From contig OX597827.1 of the NCBI GenBank assembly GCA_951406725.2, positions 80,600,001 to 80,664,000 on the forward strand: a stretch of 64,000 bases of DNA, in the 5' to 3' direction. Source of the DNA: Octopus vulgaris (taxonomy: Eukaryota). The notes under the pieces were generated by a model. The model was not told where the DNA came from, did no database searches, and was given only the letters and a program-made list of their open reading frames with translations. A program made the position numbers and the translations under genes. Shown here in pieces: positions 12,918-25,157 of the stretch; position 1 is the first letter of the stretch; the number at the start of each line of letters is the position of its first letter.

Positions 12918-13099
12918 CTGGAATTTAGACAAAATATAGATTTTATAAATATATTAGCAAATATATTTATATATAAACACAAAGCCAAAATCACATCACA
13001 ATATTTTAAGCTGCAAAAGAAATTCTTTTTACAAATAGTAATTATGAGATGTCTACATTCTAGATGATAAAGCAAAATATAAACATTGTAGTTATTAAC

Positions 13100-13253
13100 C
13101 TGATACTCCTGGTATTTCTTCGTAATGTTTCAGGTCTCCTTGTCTACCACTTCTCTTGGATGACATTGTATCTGATGTATAGTTACAAACCATAGTAGCA
13201 TTATCTTCCACAGCATCATCACTTGATGTCACCACAACAGGTTGACAGTATTT
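13100..13253 (-). CDS. Pcdh: G2 cytoplasmic exon
   Basis: 154 nt, AG/GT boundaries, near-identical to paralogs. Confidence 0.85.
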
Positions 13254-13424
13254 CTGTTGACAAACAAACGATAAAGAAATGTGAGAAGACACCAAACAAT
13301 GGAAGTTACAATCAACATGGAGAGAAAACAATTTAATATTGGAATGTATTATTGAAGTTAAAACATATTCAAAGAGATTTCATTGTTCACTTTTACAGAG
13401 AGAAAATGTAATGTTTCCACTTAC

Positions 13425-15800
13425 TGGGGTAGGTTTTGGTAAAGTTCTCGACTGAACTGAAGATTCATATTTGTTCTGTAGCTGACCTTCTGCATAACAT
13501 TCACTCTTGGATCTCTCAGAATAGATATTCCGCTTCACCATCTCTTCTGCATTCCTCGACATAGCAACAGAAGTGTTAGTCTGGTACAACAATTGTTTCA
13601 TCTCTGCTCTACCTTGGTAGGCTGTATTCTTTGTGGCAGCAGCTGTGTTATCTCTGTGTTTAATACATTTCATAATACACAGTGTTATAGAAACAACAAT
13701 AGCCACTGATATTATTACTGCTGATGATACAATGATAATAACCCATGTCATATGGACCCGACCTGAAGATTGTAAAGGTCCACTCTTCGACATTGGTGAT
13801 GTCTCGTTACTAACAGCCAATACCAAAGTGACACTAGTTGTTGACGACTGAACTGGACTACCACTGTCCTTCACAACAAACACCAGCTCATAACTTCCAG
13901 CATCATTTAGATAAACTTGTCTGGAGAAGGATAAAGCACCACTGTGTGAGTTCATACTAAACAACTGTTTATCATTTCCTTGTTTGATTGCATATCTGAG
14001 GAAAGCATTGTTTCCACTGTCCCCATCAGAGGCTCTCAAAACTGTGATGTCACTCTTACTCTGTGGATGGTACTGCACATTTAGCGTGTAAGGGTCGTAC
14101 TACTAGGATATGTAAAATACGGAACATTGTCATTTTGATCTAGAATCTCAACAACAACATTCGCTGTGTCATTTAGAGATGGGCTTCCATTGTCTTTGAC
14201 AAAAACCTCAAACTTATACACATCTTGTTTCTCTCTGTCCAATGACATGGTCGCTGAAATGAAGCCATAACTGGTGATGAGAAATGGGAGATTGGATTTT
14301 TCTTTACGCAGCAGAGAATATGTGAGTTGTCCAGCAGATCCAAGATCAGGGTCAGTGGCATTGACAAAACCAATAGGGAAGTCTTTGTCTTTGTTTTCGT
14401 AGGTGAGGAATTGGAATGTATCTTTGGTAAACTGTGGTTGTACATCGTTGATGTCAGTCACTTGGATAGAGAGGCTTTTAACACTTTTAAGAGGAGGTAA
14501 TCCTTTATCTTGACAGGAGACAGGAATGTTATAGTGTCCTTGTGTTTCTCTGTCCACTGGTTTGTTTAGAATGATTTTATATTCTTTAGATCCCATTGAC
14601 TGTAGTTTGAATGTATCATGTTTGATATCACAGCTGACCTCTCCATTTTGTCCCACATCATTGTCAGTGACCATCACATAAGCAATAAAACTACCAACTT
14701 TGATGTTTTCAGAGATGGTAGCTGTGTTGTCATTGATTGCAGAAACATAATCAATATCAATATTTGGGGGATTGTTGTGTTGGTTGACAACATTTACTAA
14801 AACAGTTGCTATAGAACTAAAGGGTGGACTGCCCCCATCTCTGGCTTCTATAAACAATTCATAGGTTTTCTTTTTTCCCAGACTTGAATATTTTCTTAAT
14901 AAAATGCTTCCACTGGTTTCATTCAACTGAAAATAGCTTTTTACAATATCTGATGTCTTTGGGACTGAAATGGAAAGTAATTTTACCATTTTCACCAGCA
15001 ATCAGCATCAGTTACAGATAAAACAATGATGGGTTTGGATTTGTGATGCGTACTTTGTATGGATATATTGTACAGAGGTTTAGAAAACTCTGGTAGGTTG
15101 TCATTTACATCTATTATGGAAATATTTATATTCAAAATCCCTTGTTTTGCTGGTGAACCTCCATCTTTAGCTATGACTTGTAATATATATGTATCTTTGA
15201 TTTCTCGGTCTAATGATTCTTTCAAAACTATATTAAGAAGATATACCATCAGCTCTTTGAGACACTGACAGAGAGAATTTCTCCATTCTTTGATTTTAAT
15301 TTATATTGAATTAATGAATTTTGAAATCCAACATCTTTGTCTATGGCATTTGGTAACGATCTTTTAGCACCTTTACGATCATCTTCACCATATTCTATAT
15401 ACACTGTATTTTTTGGAAATTTAGGTTCATGGTCATTGATATCTTCTATTACTATCTTGATTTTTAATATTTTTGAAACACTGGTTCCTTTATTGACAAC
15501 AACTTTCATAGTTCTGGAACATTCTTTGTTGAAGGTGCAGAGATCTTCTGCATCCAGTGTCTGAGCAGTGTACAGTTTACCTGTTTTGGTGATGTTAAAT
15601 AACTGTGCCACCTTTCGTTTGAATTGACTGAATGTTATCAAATGTTGGTCAGATGGTTTAACATTGTCTAAAAGTTTAGAATCGGCAGCAATGTCTGCTA
15701 CATATGTTCCTGGACTTCTCTCTTCTTCCACGTGGTAGGTAAGGTCTATGGTCAGCACACACTGGACCATTGATAATACAATGGACAATGACAGTAACAT
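13425..15800 (-). CDS. Pcdh: Protocadherin G2 main exon, broken by about five 1-2 nt indels (possible pseudogene or consensus error)
   Basis: Four consecutive ORF pieces align to G4-G6; indels near 15280, 15240, 15000, 14960, 14097; acceptor at 15855. Confidence 0.8.
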
Positions 15801-15932
15801 ATTGCTGTTGTATGTTGGTAGTGGTTAAATATATCAAGGTATGTGTAGACTGAACCTAAAATAGAAATGCATGTCATTAGTTACAATACTGTTTAATATT
15901 GACATATAATTAAAACATCGATCTATCTGTCT

Positions 15933-15987
<55 letters not shown>

Positions 15988-16003
15988 TATATATATGTAT
16001 AAA

Positions 16004-16940
16004 AAATATATATAAAAATACAAAATGGGACAAGAACACAAAACACTCAAATAGACGACACAAAAAACGGACGGGTTATTCGAAGCTTCTAATCTTCAGT
16101 CAAGAACCGGATCATCCTCGCAATATCGGCTGATTAATCTTGAGATTGCTCCGATCCGGCCAGCCTCAAGGAAAAACTAAGCTACAAGCATTAGATTTCT
16201 TGGAAAAAGGATCGAATGTATACGAAACAAGGACAGAAAAATGGACGATGCCACACGAATATAAATACAAAAAACAATAATAGTAATAACAGGACAAAAA
16301 CAGCGGGTGTCTTACGACTTTAGACAGTTCAACTTAGCTTAGCTGGCGTATTTGGAAAATAATGCCTTACGGCAGACAGAGAAATCGATGTTGTCGTGGC
16401 GGTGCTCAGAAGCCAAAAGACTAGTTGACCGGCGGTCACGTGAGAGGAGAAGAGAGAGAGAAAAAAAGGGGACAAAGGAATCAAAGAGAGAGAGAGAAAG
16501 AGGGAGAAAGGCACCAAAGAGGAGGAGACGAGAGAGAAAGAAGGAATTAAAGAGGGGAGAAGAAAGAGAGCGTGTCAAGGATTGGCTTGACGACAGAATC
16601 AGTGAGGTGCAAAGTGAGAAAGACAGAGAAATGTGAGAGAGTGGGGGAAGAGGAGACCAAAGAATCAGAGGCGAGAAAAGAGAAAGACAGAGACTATTGA
16701 AGTATAGAGAAAGTGTGTGTAGAAGTCGTACAGTAGTGGGATGCTTACATACATAAGAGAACAAGTTGTACGTTACGCCGCAATAATATATGTATTAAAA
16801 ATATATATAAAAATACAAAATGGGACAAGAACGCAAAACACTCAAAGACATGACACAAAAAAACAGACGGGTCATTCGAAGCCTCTAATCTTCAGTCAAG
16901 AACCGGATCATCCTCGCAATTTTGGCTGATTAATCTTGAT
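16004..16940. mobile_element. ~940-bp element with ~140-bp direct terminal repeats, flanked by (TA)n; Penelope-like or TRIM-like non-autonomous element
   Basis: 16004-16143 repeats at ~16797-16939; CpG-richer than the flanks; GA-rich interior. Confidence 0.55.
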
Positions 16941-19900
16941 ATATATATATATATATATACATGGGCGGGGGTGAGGCTGTATTTGCGTGTATTTAGAATT
17001 TCTCCAATAATGAATATTATCATATGAAAGTATAGAAACGATTACCATGATTGAGAACACGGAGTCAATCTATCCTTTCTTTTCTTTCCTTTTCTTTTCT
17101 TCTTTTTTTTAAGAGGCTCAAATGAAGAAATTAATTTATTGAAAAAATAAGAAACATCCATAAAACTACCAAATTTGAATTACCAAATTGCCACATGAAG
17201 AACCATCAATTGTGTCTAATGTCAGAAATATCCTACAGCATATAAGGATGTGGATCCAAGATGATACAGTGCCATTGTGAAAGAATAGTTTTAGCCCAGA
17301 AATAATGATAAACACTCCATTGTGTTTTATAATAATTACTGATCCATTCTGTAACGGTAATCAGTCTTAGTTTTTATAGTTAATATTCTCCAGACTTCTT
17401 CATTAAAGTTATAGAGTTAGTTCAGATGTTCTTATGTTATGTAAGGTTTATAACCATTACTAACATCACTGCCAAAATGTTCTGTCAGATTGTACATATC
17501 CATTAATTGCACTACATAACATGGAATTGGGGAAAGGGTTGTATTCATTGCTTCCACAGGTCTTCCAAATCTGGTAAGATGGATGCTGGAAAAACATGGG
17601 CTGATACTCTGCGGACAAAGGAACAGGAATAGTGATGAGTGTGGTGCCTGAGTAGTGCTGGACATAATATGGGTGATGTGAAGAGGAGAGACAGTGAGTT
17701 GGGAGTCCACTGAGAAGAGATGGAATGAGACCAAGCATTCCTGATGAGAGGTCAGTGAAACGAAAGACAGAATGTTGAAACAGTTAATATGTAAGCAAGA
17801 GATTGATGTGTTGGTGCTTAACTTCATGCCAATGAGTCAGGTGGCTGTTTTTAGAAGCTGTCTCAGATGTCTGTAAGTAACAAACATAATAGATTCCATT
17901 GTAGGTTTCACTTCAATTTGGATTAGAATTTGTGAGGGTCTGAAAGTTTTGTGAGACAATCTTTGCTGTGCTGATGATGTACAAAGTACAATCAGCATCA
18001 CACTTGTGAGTGAGCATGGTTGCTAATTATTTGTGGTGTATGTAGAGCCACAAGCAGACATAGACACAAAATTAAAATCTTCACTCTTTACCAAGTTAAA
18101 CATTAGGAACCTGACAACTGGAGGTAAAGAGGGCTGCACCAGTACCCTGTTGGTACACGTTAAAGCTGAGCAGACTGGAGCAACATGAAATTAAGGACAT
18201 AATTCACTGCCCAGTCCAGGAACTGAACACAAGTCATTATGATAATAAACTGAATACCCTAATCACCAGGCCACCTGCATTGCCAGGAAAAATCCTCAAT
18301 GATTGTGAGGCTTAGTATTTGAAGGGAATGCTGGGGTCCTAATTGCATCTAGTTCATGTTTAGGAGGTTGGGTACAATGTTGTTTTCTTCATATGTATAG
18401 TTATTGTGTCATTGAAGGAGACAAGATTGGCACAACCTTATAGGAAAATGTTTTCAATGGGGTTAATTTCAACATTTCAGTTCATGGAATCAGTACATGG
18501 TTGGCATAAGAGATCTGAATTTTATGTAGAGTGAAGCCAGTGCAAAACAAAGGGAAGAATCATCTGGATAAGAATGGGCATTGTTGGAGGTAACGACTAA
18601 TGTACTTGTGCTTATTAAAGAGGAAAGGGTGAGGGGAATTCCAGGTGTTCAAAGAGAAAGTAGCTGTGAAGAATTGTCTCCATCACATTTGGAATACTGG
18701 AAGTGAGAGCAATAAGGGCAAGAGCCAGGATGCACCTTTCCAAGAAATAGGACATACTATAGCAGGTTTCCAAAGATTGCAAGAGAGAGAGAGAGATTTG
18801 AGTTTAGTGAACGTAGGGTCTAGCTCATGAGAGCATTGAGGGCAATGGAAGGGACACTGCATTCTTAAGTTCCTATGGATATTCAATATATCAACCATGT
18901 AGTGTTCAGATTACTCTGTCCATGAAATACATGTTGTTTTGTATTAATCTTGCATCACCTAGAAGCTTTGAAACTTGTGTCTATTTATCGTTAGAATGAT
19001 ATTGTAGGCTAGGTGTGAGAGGCCAGACCTGGCCAGTTATGCCTAGTTACACTTATATATTCAGTTCCATTGAATCTTCCTTGCAAAAGTCTCCCATATT
19101 GATTTTACAATAAAATTTACAATATCTGAAGATCTTACTGCTTCCCCTTTCATGATAGTTTCTAAGAAAGAAAGAAAAATAACAATTACATTTCAAACTA
19201 CCTGCTTTTCTATCTAAACCTCAAACCATACGATTGCAAAGCAAGTCTCTTGCCCAGGGGGGCATGTCTGCACCTATATTTATTTTATCTAAATATAATA
19301 TTGATTGTTTCTAACATTTCATTCGTCTTTCAAATTCAAGCAATGTGTATGTTAGGTTTAGCTCTAAACCAAATATTAATATTTCTACACACAAAAATAT
19401 TTTTAAAAAACACGTCTTTGAGTGCAACATAAATTTTTCACAACATCGAACCTGATGTACAAACGGAGTTCCATCTTTAAGTATTGCCTGAGTTACGTCC
19501 CTTGCAAAAACTAAATCCCTTCCTTGTAAGAGATATTCGAAAACAATAAAGCATGGTTGACGAGTTAAAACGGGAGGCTAATCCTGTTGCAAAATCATCA
19601 AAATATCTATCTTTCAGTTGATTAAATGATAACTTATTGACTCTCGCCGCACAAAGTTTGACAAATTTACGTTGGAGTAATTTTCAAATGGTTCCCTTCT
19701 GTGAATAATTCTCAGGCCGTATTAATTAAATTATGTTCCTGCATGTCTTTTATAATTGTTAACATCTTTTTTTTTGTTTGTTTGAAATTTGAAGAAACAG
19801 TGACTATAGTTTTACGCTCTTACCTATAACACGGGAAATATACTGCACTTGGTAGAATGACTGGTTGATAGTGACAGTGAGATAATACCATCTTTAAACA

Positions 19901-22900
19901 TTTAATCCATTACTATTGTTGGGAAGTGTAACTGTCCACTGAATTATCCGAGTTTACATGACATTAAAAAGCGAGAGAAACCACCTTCCCTTCGACTACA
20001 CACCGACTGATAACATTTGAAGATTTCACCTCAACACTGAAGACAAAATATTCACCAAAACTATGTACAATCCCGTTTCTGTCTTTGCTTTGCAAGATTC
20101 TTGATACAAAATCATGTGCTGAAACACGTTATTGTATCTTTGGAAGGTAATTTTGCCAGGTAATTTGAAGGTAAATTTGGCAGGGTCAACTTGTGAGAGT
20201 CATTGACAATTTGCAGAATCTTTCTTTCCCAAGAACAATTCTCTAGAAGTTACTCCCAACTGAAGCCTTCTGGTCTTTGCAAAGTTCTAATTCTTCAGAG
20301 ACAATATCAATCTTATCAAATTTATCCAAATTCTCATTAATAAAAATCAACCAAGTTTCAAAAGTTAACAAAGTGGGGTTCCTTCCCCACCCTCACCTCC
20401 ACACTAAAAAAAAAACGATTGTTAAAAGTGAAACTAAAATTTTACTCATACAGAAATGACCACGTTTTACATGTGAACTTTTAGTATTTATCACTTGTTT
20501 GCTTCTAAACAATATACTTTTTTTTATGTTATATCTTGGGAGAGTGATTATGCCAATAATAATAGACATATGCACCAGTTCAATATCACTTCTATGTTGT
20601 TAGTCAATTGGTTGATCATCAAACCAATTAAGCAATCATTTGTTTATTGTGTTGGTGAAGCAATTAATTGGTTGCTTGTTGAAGTCCTTTCATCACTATT
20701 TGTGACCTTATCAATGAGATGTCGTCACTCTTCCAGGTCTGCTTTAAGTGTGCCACAGGATTATGCCTTTGTGTGTGTATGCAAGTATGTGTGGTGGCTT
20801 GCAAAGGAAGGAAAGGGTGAGAGTAAATGAAGAGTGTGTGTGTGTGGGTGTGTTTGAGTCAGTTCTGTGAGTGAGTGTATATGTTTGTGTGTGAATGTGT
20901 GAGTGTTTACTTACGCATGTGCAGTCCAGTGCATATGCCTGCAACATCACCAGCTTTATGAATAGGGAAGTGTGTGCACATGCGCGTGTGTGTGTGTGTG
21001 TGCAGGTGCATGGATGTGTACGGTTGTGTATTGGAATTGTTCATAATTCTGTACAAGCTTCCTTGTACCCTGCTATCATTTTAATCCTACCCTACATACC
21101 CTCACACACATGTATACATATTGTGTGGGCAATGGCAGTGTTGTTCTGTTACCTATTAAGCATGTTTTTTTGTTAAGTAATGGCCAAGTTTCACTTTTGA
21201 GAACTAACTCACGTCTCTGTCTCTATAATGATGAATTCTTTGGTGTTTAGACAAGATTTTTATACTAATTTGATTCAGCATGCCTCCATGTTGATCATTA
21301 GCATGCTGAGAGAGTGTCACACATTCTATATAGTCTGTTCCAATGTTTACTCCGGTATCTGAGGTGGGTTTCATTGGTATCCTTACTTAAAATATTATCT
21401 AACTTCTTCCTGTCCACCCCACCTGTACACTCTGATCTTTTCCCTCTTGTTGTAGCCAGAGAGCTGTTTGTGGTGCATAAAGTCCTCTGTGTGTCTTTTT
21501 TATTTCACAGGGTTTGCACACGGAACGTATGTTGTTCATTATCCTAATTAAATCTGCAATTAATATGTTTATCTTTATGCTGTATGATAAAAGCTGAGTT
21601 CTTATGAATAACAGGTTTGGAAGCAAAGGGTTTCATATAAGAGGCGTGGAGGAGTTGAACTTTGTTGTTTGTGGTCTCCAACCACATTGTTGGCATAATG
21701 ACCCTCCCAAGATACAAGATTTGTTATAACACATGAAGTCACATCAAGAACCTTGTTAACTAAATACAAAAACAAAGTAATACACATTTTAATTCCTCAA
21801 ATTTCAAAACAATTTCCTAAAACATTTGCCAAAGAAAGTTCTTGAGACAGGTTTTTAGCACAAGGGGAACTGTTACATATTCTTCTAAGTAAAACCACAA
21901 ATAAAATTGTAACCAGTGATAGAAACATCCACATGTTGGTAGTTCTTCACAATCATACTCCCTATGAGGCCAATGTTCCTGAAGATCTACTGAAGTTCAC
22001 CTCTCTAGAAACTTGTATTTTTGAGATTTAAAATAATTAGTGACATATATGTATAGTTATTGTGTCTTTGTGTCATTGAAGGAGACAAGATTGGCACAAC
22101 CCTATAGGAAAATGTTTTCAATGGGGTTAATTTCAACAACTCAGTTCATGGAATCAGTAAATGGCTGGCATAAGAGATAAAATATATGTGACTAATTAGT
22201 CACATATATACAAATGATAAGCTTTCACTCAAAAATAGTTCTAGAAACACTTCAAAGAGAAAATTACTGAATATGAGCAAACGTTATATATAGCTTAGCA
22301 ATAGCACTGTGACTTAGTAGGGGTACGTAGTATATTTGATATAGCAGCATCTCATATTAGAAGGAGAGAAGGAATAAGGGAAAAGGGGGAGTTTGAAAAC
22401 GTTGGGAAGAAACAAAAGCAAGTGTAACATTTGGGTTCAAGTGGTGGTGAAGAGCAGCTGGCAGACTTTGAAGCCCAGGGATCAATAATGAAAAGAAATG
22501 AAGCAATAACATAGAGGCATAACATATAAATATACAAAGTGAAAGACATAGATTTATGGTTTTCAATGTAGCTTTTATATATTATATTTGTTAAAAACTA
22601 ATTTAATAATTCAATTAAAAGATAACAGAAGTTTATAAACAGTGAAATTCAAAGAAAATTCACAACTAACAACTAGCAAACATAGTGGAAAAATAAACAG
22701 ATTATGTCAAAAATTTTAGAAGAAACTAAAATAGGAAGTCATGTTGAATTATATTTACAATGGCTGCCATATAAATATATACACAATACAAATGGTATTC
22801 TCTATAGTCCATTAATTCTAGGTAAAGCTGGCCTTTTTCACAGTATTGTTAACTTCAACATGCTCCCATTACTGTTCACTTCCCGATAGAGGTGAGTTCT

Positions 22901-23424
22901 AATATGTCTGCCATTATTGTTAACCAAAAAGCTCAAACTTCTCGTTACATTATAAATGATAATAACCAATACACTAAGACCAGATTTAAAGACACTCTAC
23001 TAGAATTCTTCATATTTTATTAAAAAAACAACAACTTAAGAATAACCATTATATCACCATCTACAATATAAGCTCATTATATCTTCCTAAAAACAAAAAC
23101 AAACATACACTGCTACATCATATCGTATAAATTGCTGTTGAATGTTACTAAGCAATACAATTACTACAAACACGAAAGAGACATAAAATATTGTTTTAAT
23201 TAAAAACAATTTAAATATGAAGCATTCCAATAAACAACTTCCAAATATTAGTGGCACAGAACAAGATGGACCAAGATGGACCAAGATGGACAAGGCAATG
23301 TAAAACGTGTGGTCAGGCCCTTTGTTCTTTTGTTCATATTAAATATGTTAAAACAATATCTAAAACACTCAGCAAGACTTATTATATCAAATGAGATTAT
23401 AAAAGAGATTAAATAGAAACTTAC

Positions 23425-23668
23425 CTCTTTAATAATTATATCATTGGTTATTCAGTGAGAAAGAGAAAGATGTATTGTTGTAGAAAGATCCATTGTAAGT
23501 GCTGCTGTAATGGTGTGACAATGGCTGTTATGGTGATGGAGTAGTGTAGCACGTCAGGCAGAGAGTCTGCTGCTAGGAGAGGGTTGCATGTGTCACTGAA
23601 GTTGTATGTTTTGTGGGAGTACGTCCACCTAATAATAATATTCTGTATGTATTTATCCTCCAAGATGT
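23425..23668 (-). other. Non-coding leader exon of G2
   Basis: Conserved block; donor GTAAGT 23419-23424. Confidence 0.75.
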
Positions 23669-23807
23669 TTGTTCATTATTTACATATTTATAGATATATA
23701 TTAAAATAGTCTTTAGTTAAACGTAACAAAATCGTTTCATTTAATAACATCAATAATGAAAAATGCTTATCTTTGTTAGCAATTTCTGACTGCATGTAAG
23801 TGAGAAT

Positions 23808-23840
23808 CTGATTGGCTGAAGAACCGAAACAAAAGACCAT
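23808..23840 (-). promoter_or_regulatory. CCAAT box, putative G2 promoter (second box degenerate)
   Basis: CTGATTGGCT...ACCAT. Confidence 0.6.
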
Positions 23841-24067
23841 GTTAAGATGTTAACTTTAATATCGACTGGTGATGCACATGTCACATATTCATGTAGAAAA
23901 AAGGGAAAGGACCGTGTGAAACGACTGCTGTGTAGAAGACTATCTTAGCTCTGATAATGTATACTGCTAAACACTATATTAATTGAACAATGTGCATGCC
24001 CTTATGTTTATGCTTACGTTTGTACTGAACACTCTATATCTTATATTTACTTGGGGATAATTCGTAA

Positions 24068-24144
24068 TTAGACATGTTTCACTGGCGTTTCTTCACTGGA
24101 ATCTTTCGATGTAGATGCATCATTGTTTTTATATAAACTTTGAT
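24068..24144 (-). CDS. Pcdh: G3 terminal coding exon (DQSLYKNNDASTSKDSSEETPVKHV*)
   Basis: TTCCAG acceptor, 77 nt, conserved frame and stop. Confidence 0.8.
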
Positions 24145-24529
24145 CTGGAATTTGAATACGAAACACATTTTACAAAATTATGACTTTGATCAATTTCATA
24201 GTTAATAATTAAAAAATGTGGAAAGATGAGAATGAAAACTATTAAGATAACTATATTCAGGAGTGTGTTATCAGAAAATATTCACTAAAACTTTGATAAA
24301 TGAAGTTCATTCTGATACACGAACAATAGTATATAGGACTGGATTTCCCATGTTTGGTCCACTGCAGGACAAGGACGTCAGCATGTTCTCTCCACCAACC
24401 AGTCTGGTATGCAGGCTGTGGCTGTGACTTTGAGCTTGAGATCATACTGCTGTGACGAGACTGCACTGCCACACCAGCCTGATATGGCTTAGCAAAGGAA
24501 ATGCAGTTCTTTTTTTTTTAATATATACT

Positions 24530-24758
24530 CCGTGCCGGTGACACGTAAAAAGTACCAATCCGATCGTGGCCGTTGCTAGCCTCGCCTGGCACGTAAAAAG
24601 CACCCACTACACTCATGGAGTGGTTGGCATTAGGAAGGACATCCAGCTGTAGAAACACTGCCAGAGCAGACTGGTGCAGCCTTCTGGCTTCCCAGATCCC
24701 CGTTCGAACCGTCCAACCCATGCTAGCATGGAGAACGGACGTTTAGCGATGATGATGA
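24530..24758 (+). mobile_element. (GAT)n-tailed RTE-related repeat
   Basis: Same family as 58399-59130. Confidence 0.8.
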
Positions 24759-24833
24759 TACTTAATAGAAATAGTTGTTACTAAATGGTTAACACAAAAT
24801 GATGTCAGACATATTGCTGATGTACTTATTAAC

Positions 24834-24987
24834 CTGATACTCCTGGTATTTCTTCGTAATGTTTCAAGTCTCCATGTCTACCACTTCTCTTGGATGACAT
24901 TGTATCTGATGTATAGTTACAAACCATAGTAGCATTATCTTCCACAGCATCATCACTTGATGTCACCACAACAGGTTGACAGTATTT
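24834..24987 (-). CDS. Pcdh: G3 cytoplasmic exon
   Basis: 154 nt, AG/GT boundaries. Confidence 0.85.
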
Positions 24988-25157
24988 CTGTTGACAAACA
25001 AACGATAAAGAAATGTGAGAAGACACCAAACAATGGAAGTTACAATCAACATGGAAGAGAACAATTTAATATTGGAATGTATTATTGAAGTTAAAACATA
25101 TTCAAAGAGATTTCATTGTTCACTTTTACAGAGAGAAAATGTAATGTTTTCACTTAC

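Noticed and set aside
16060-16175. Hammerhead motif in the direct-repeat element
   Set aside because: CTGAAGA and CGAA are present on the minus strand, but I could not build consistent stems.
21250-21700. Possible Penelope GIY-YIG remnant (VGWTGRS)
   Set aside because: Too degenerate to support by eye.
23448-23663. 71-aa ORF across the leader exon
   Set aside because: No ATG start, and indels in the 5' part differ among copies.
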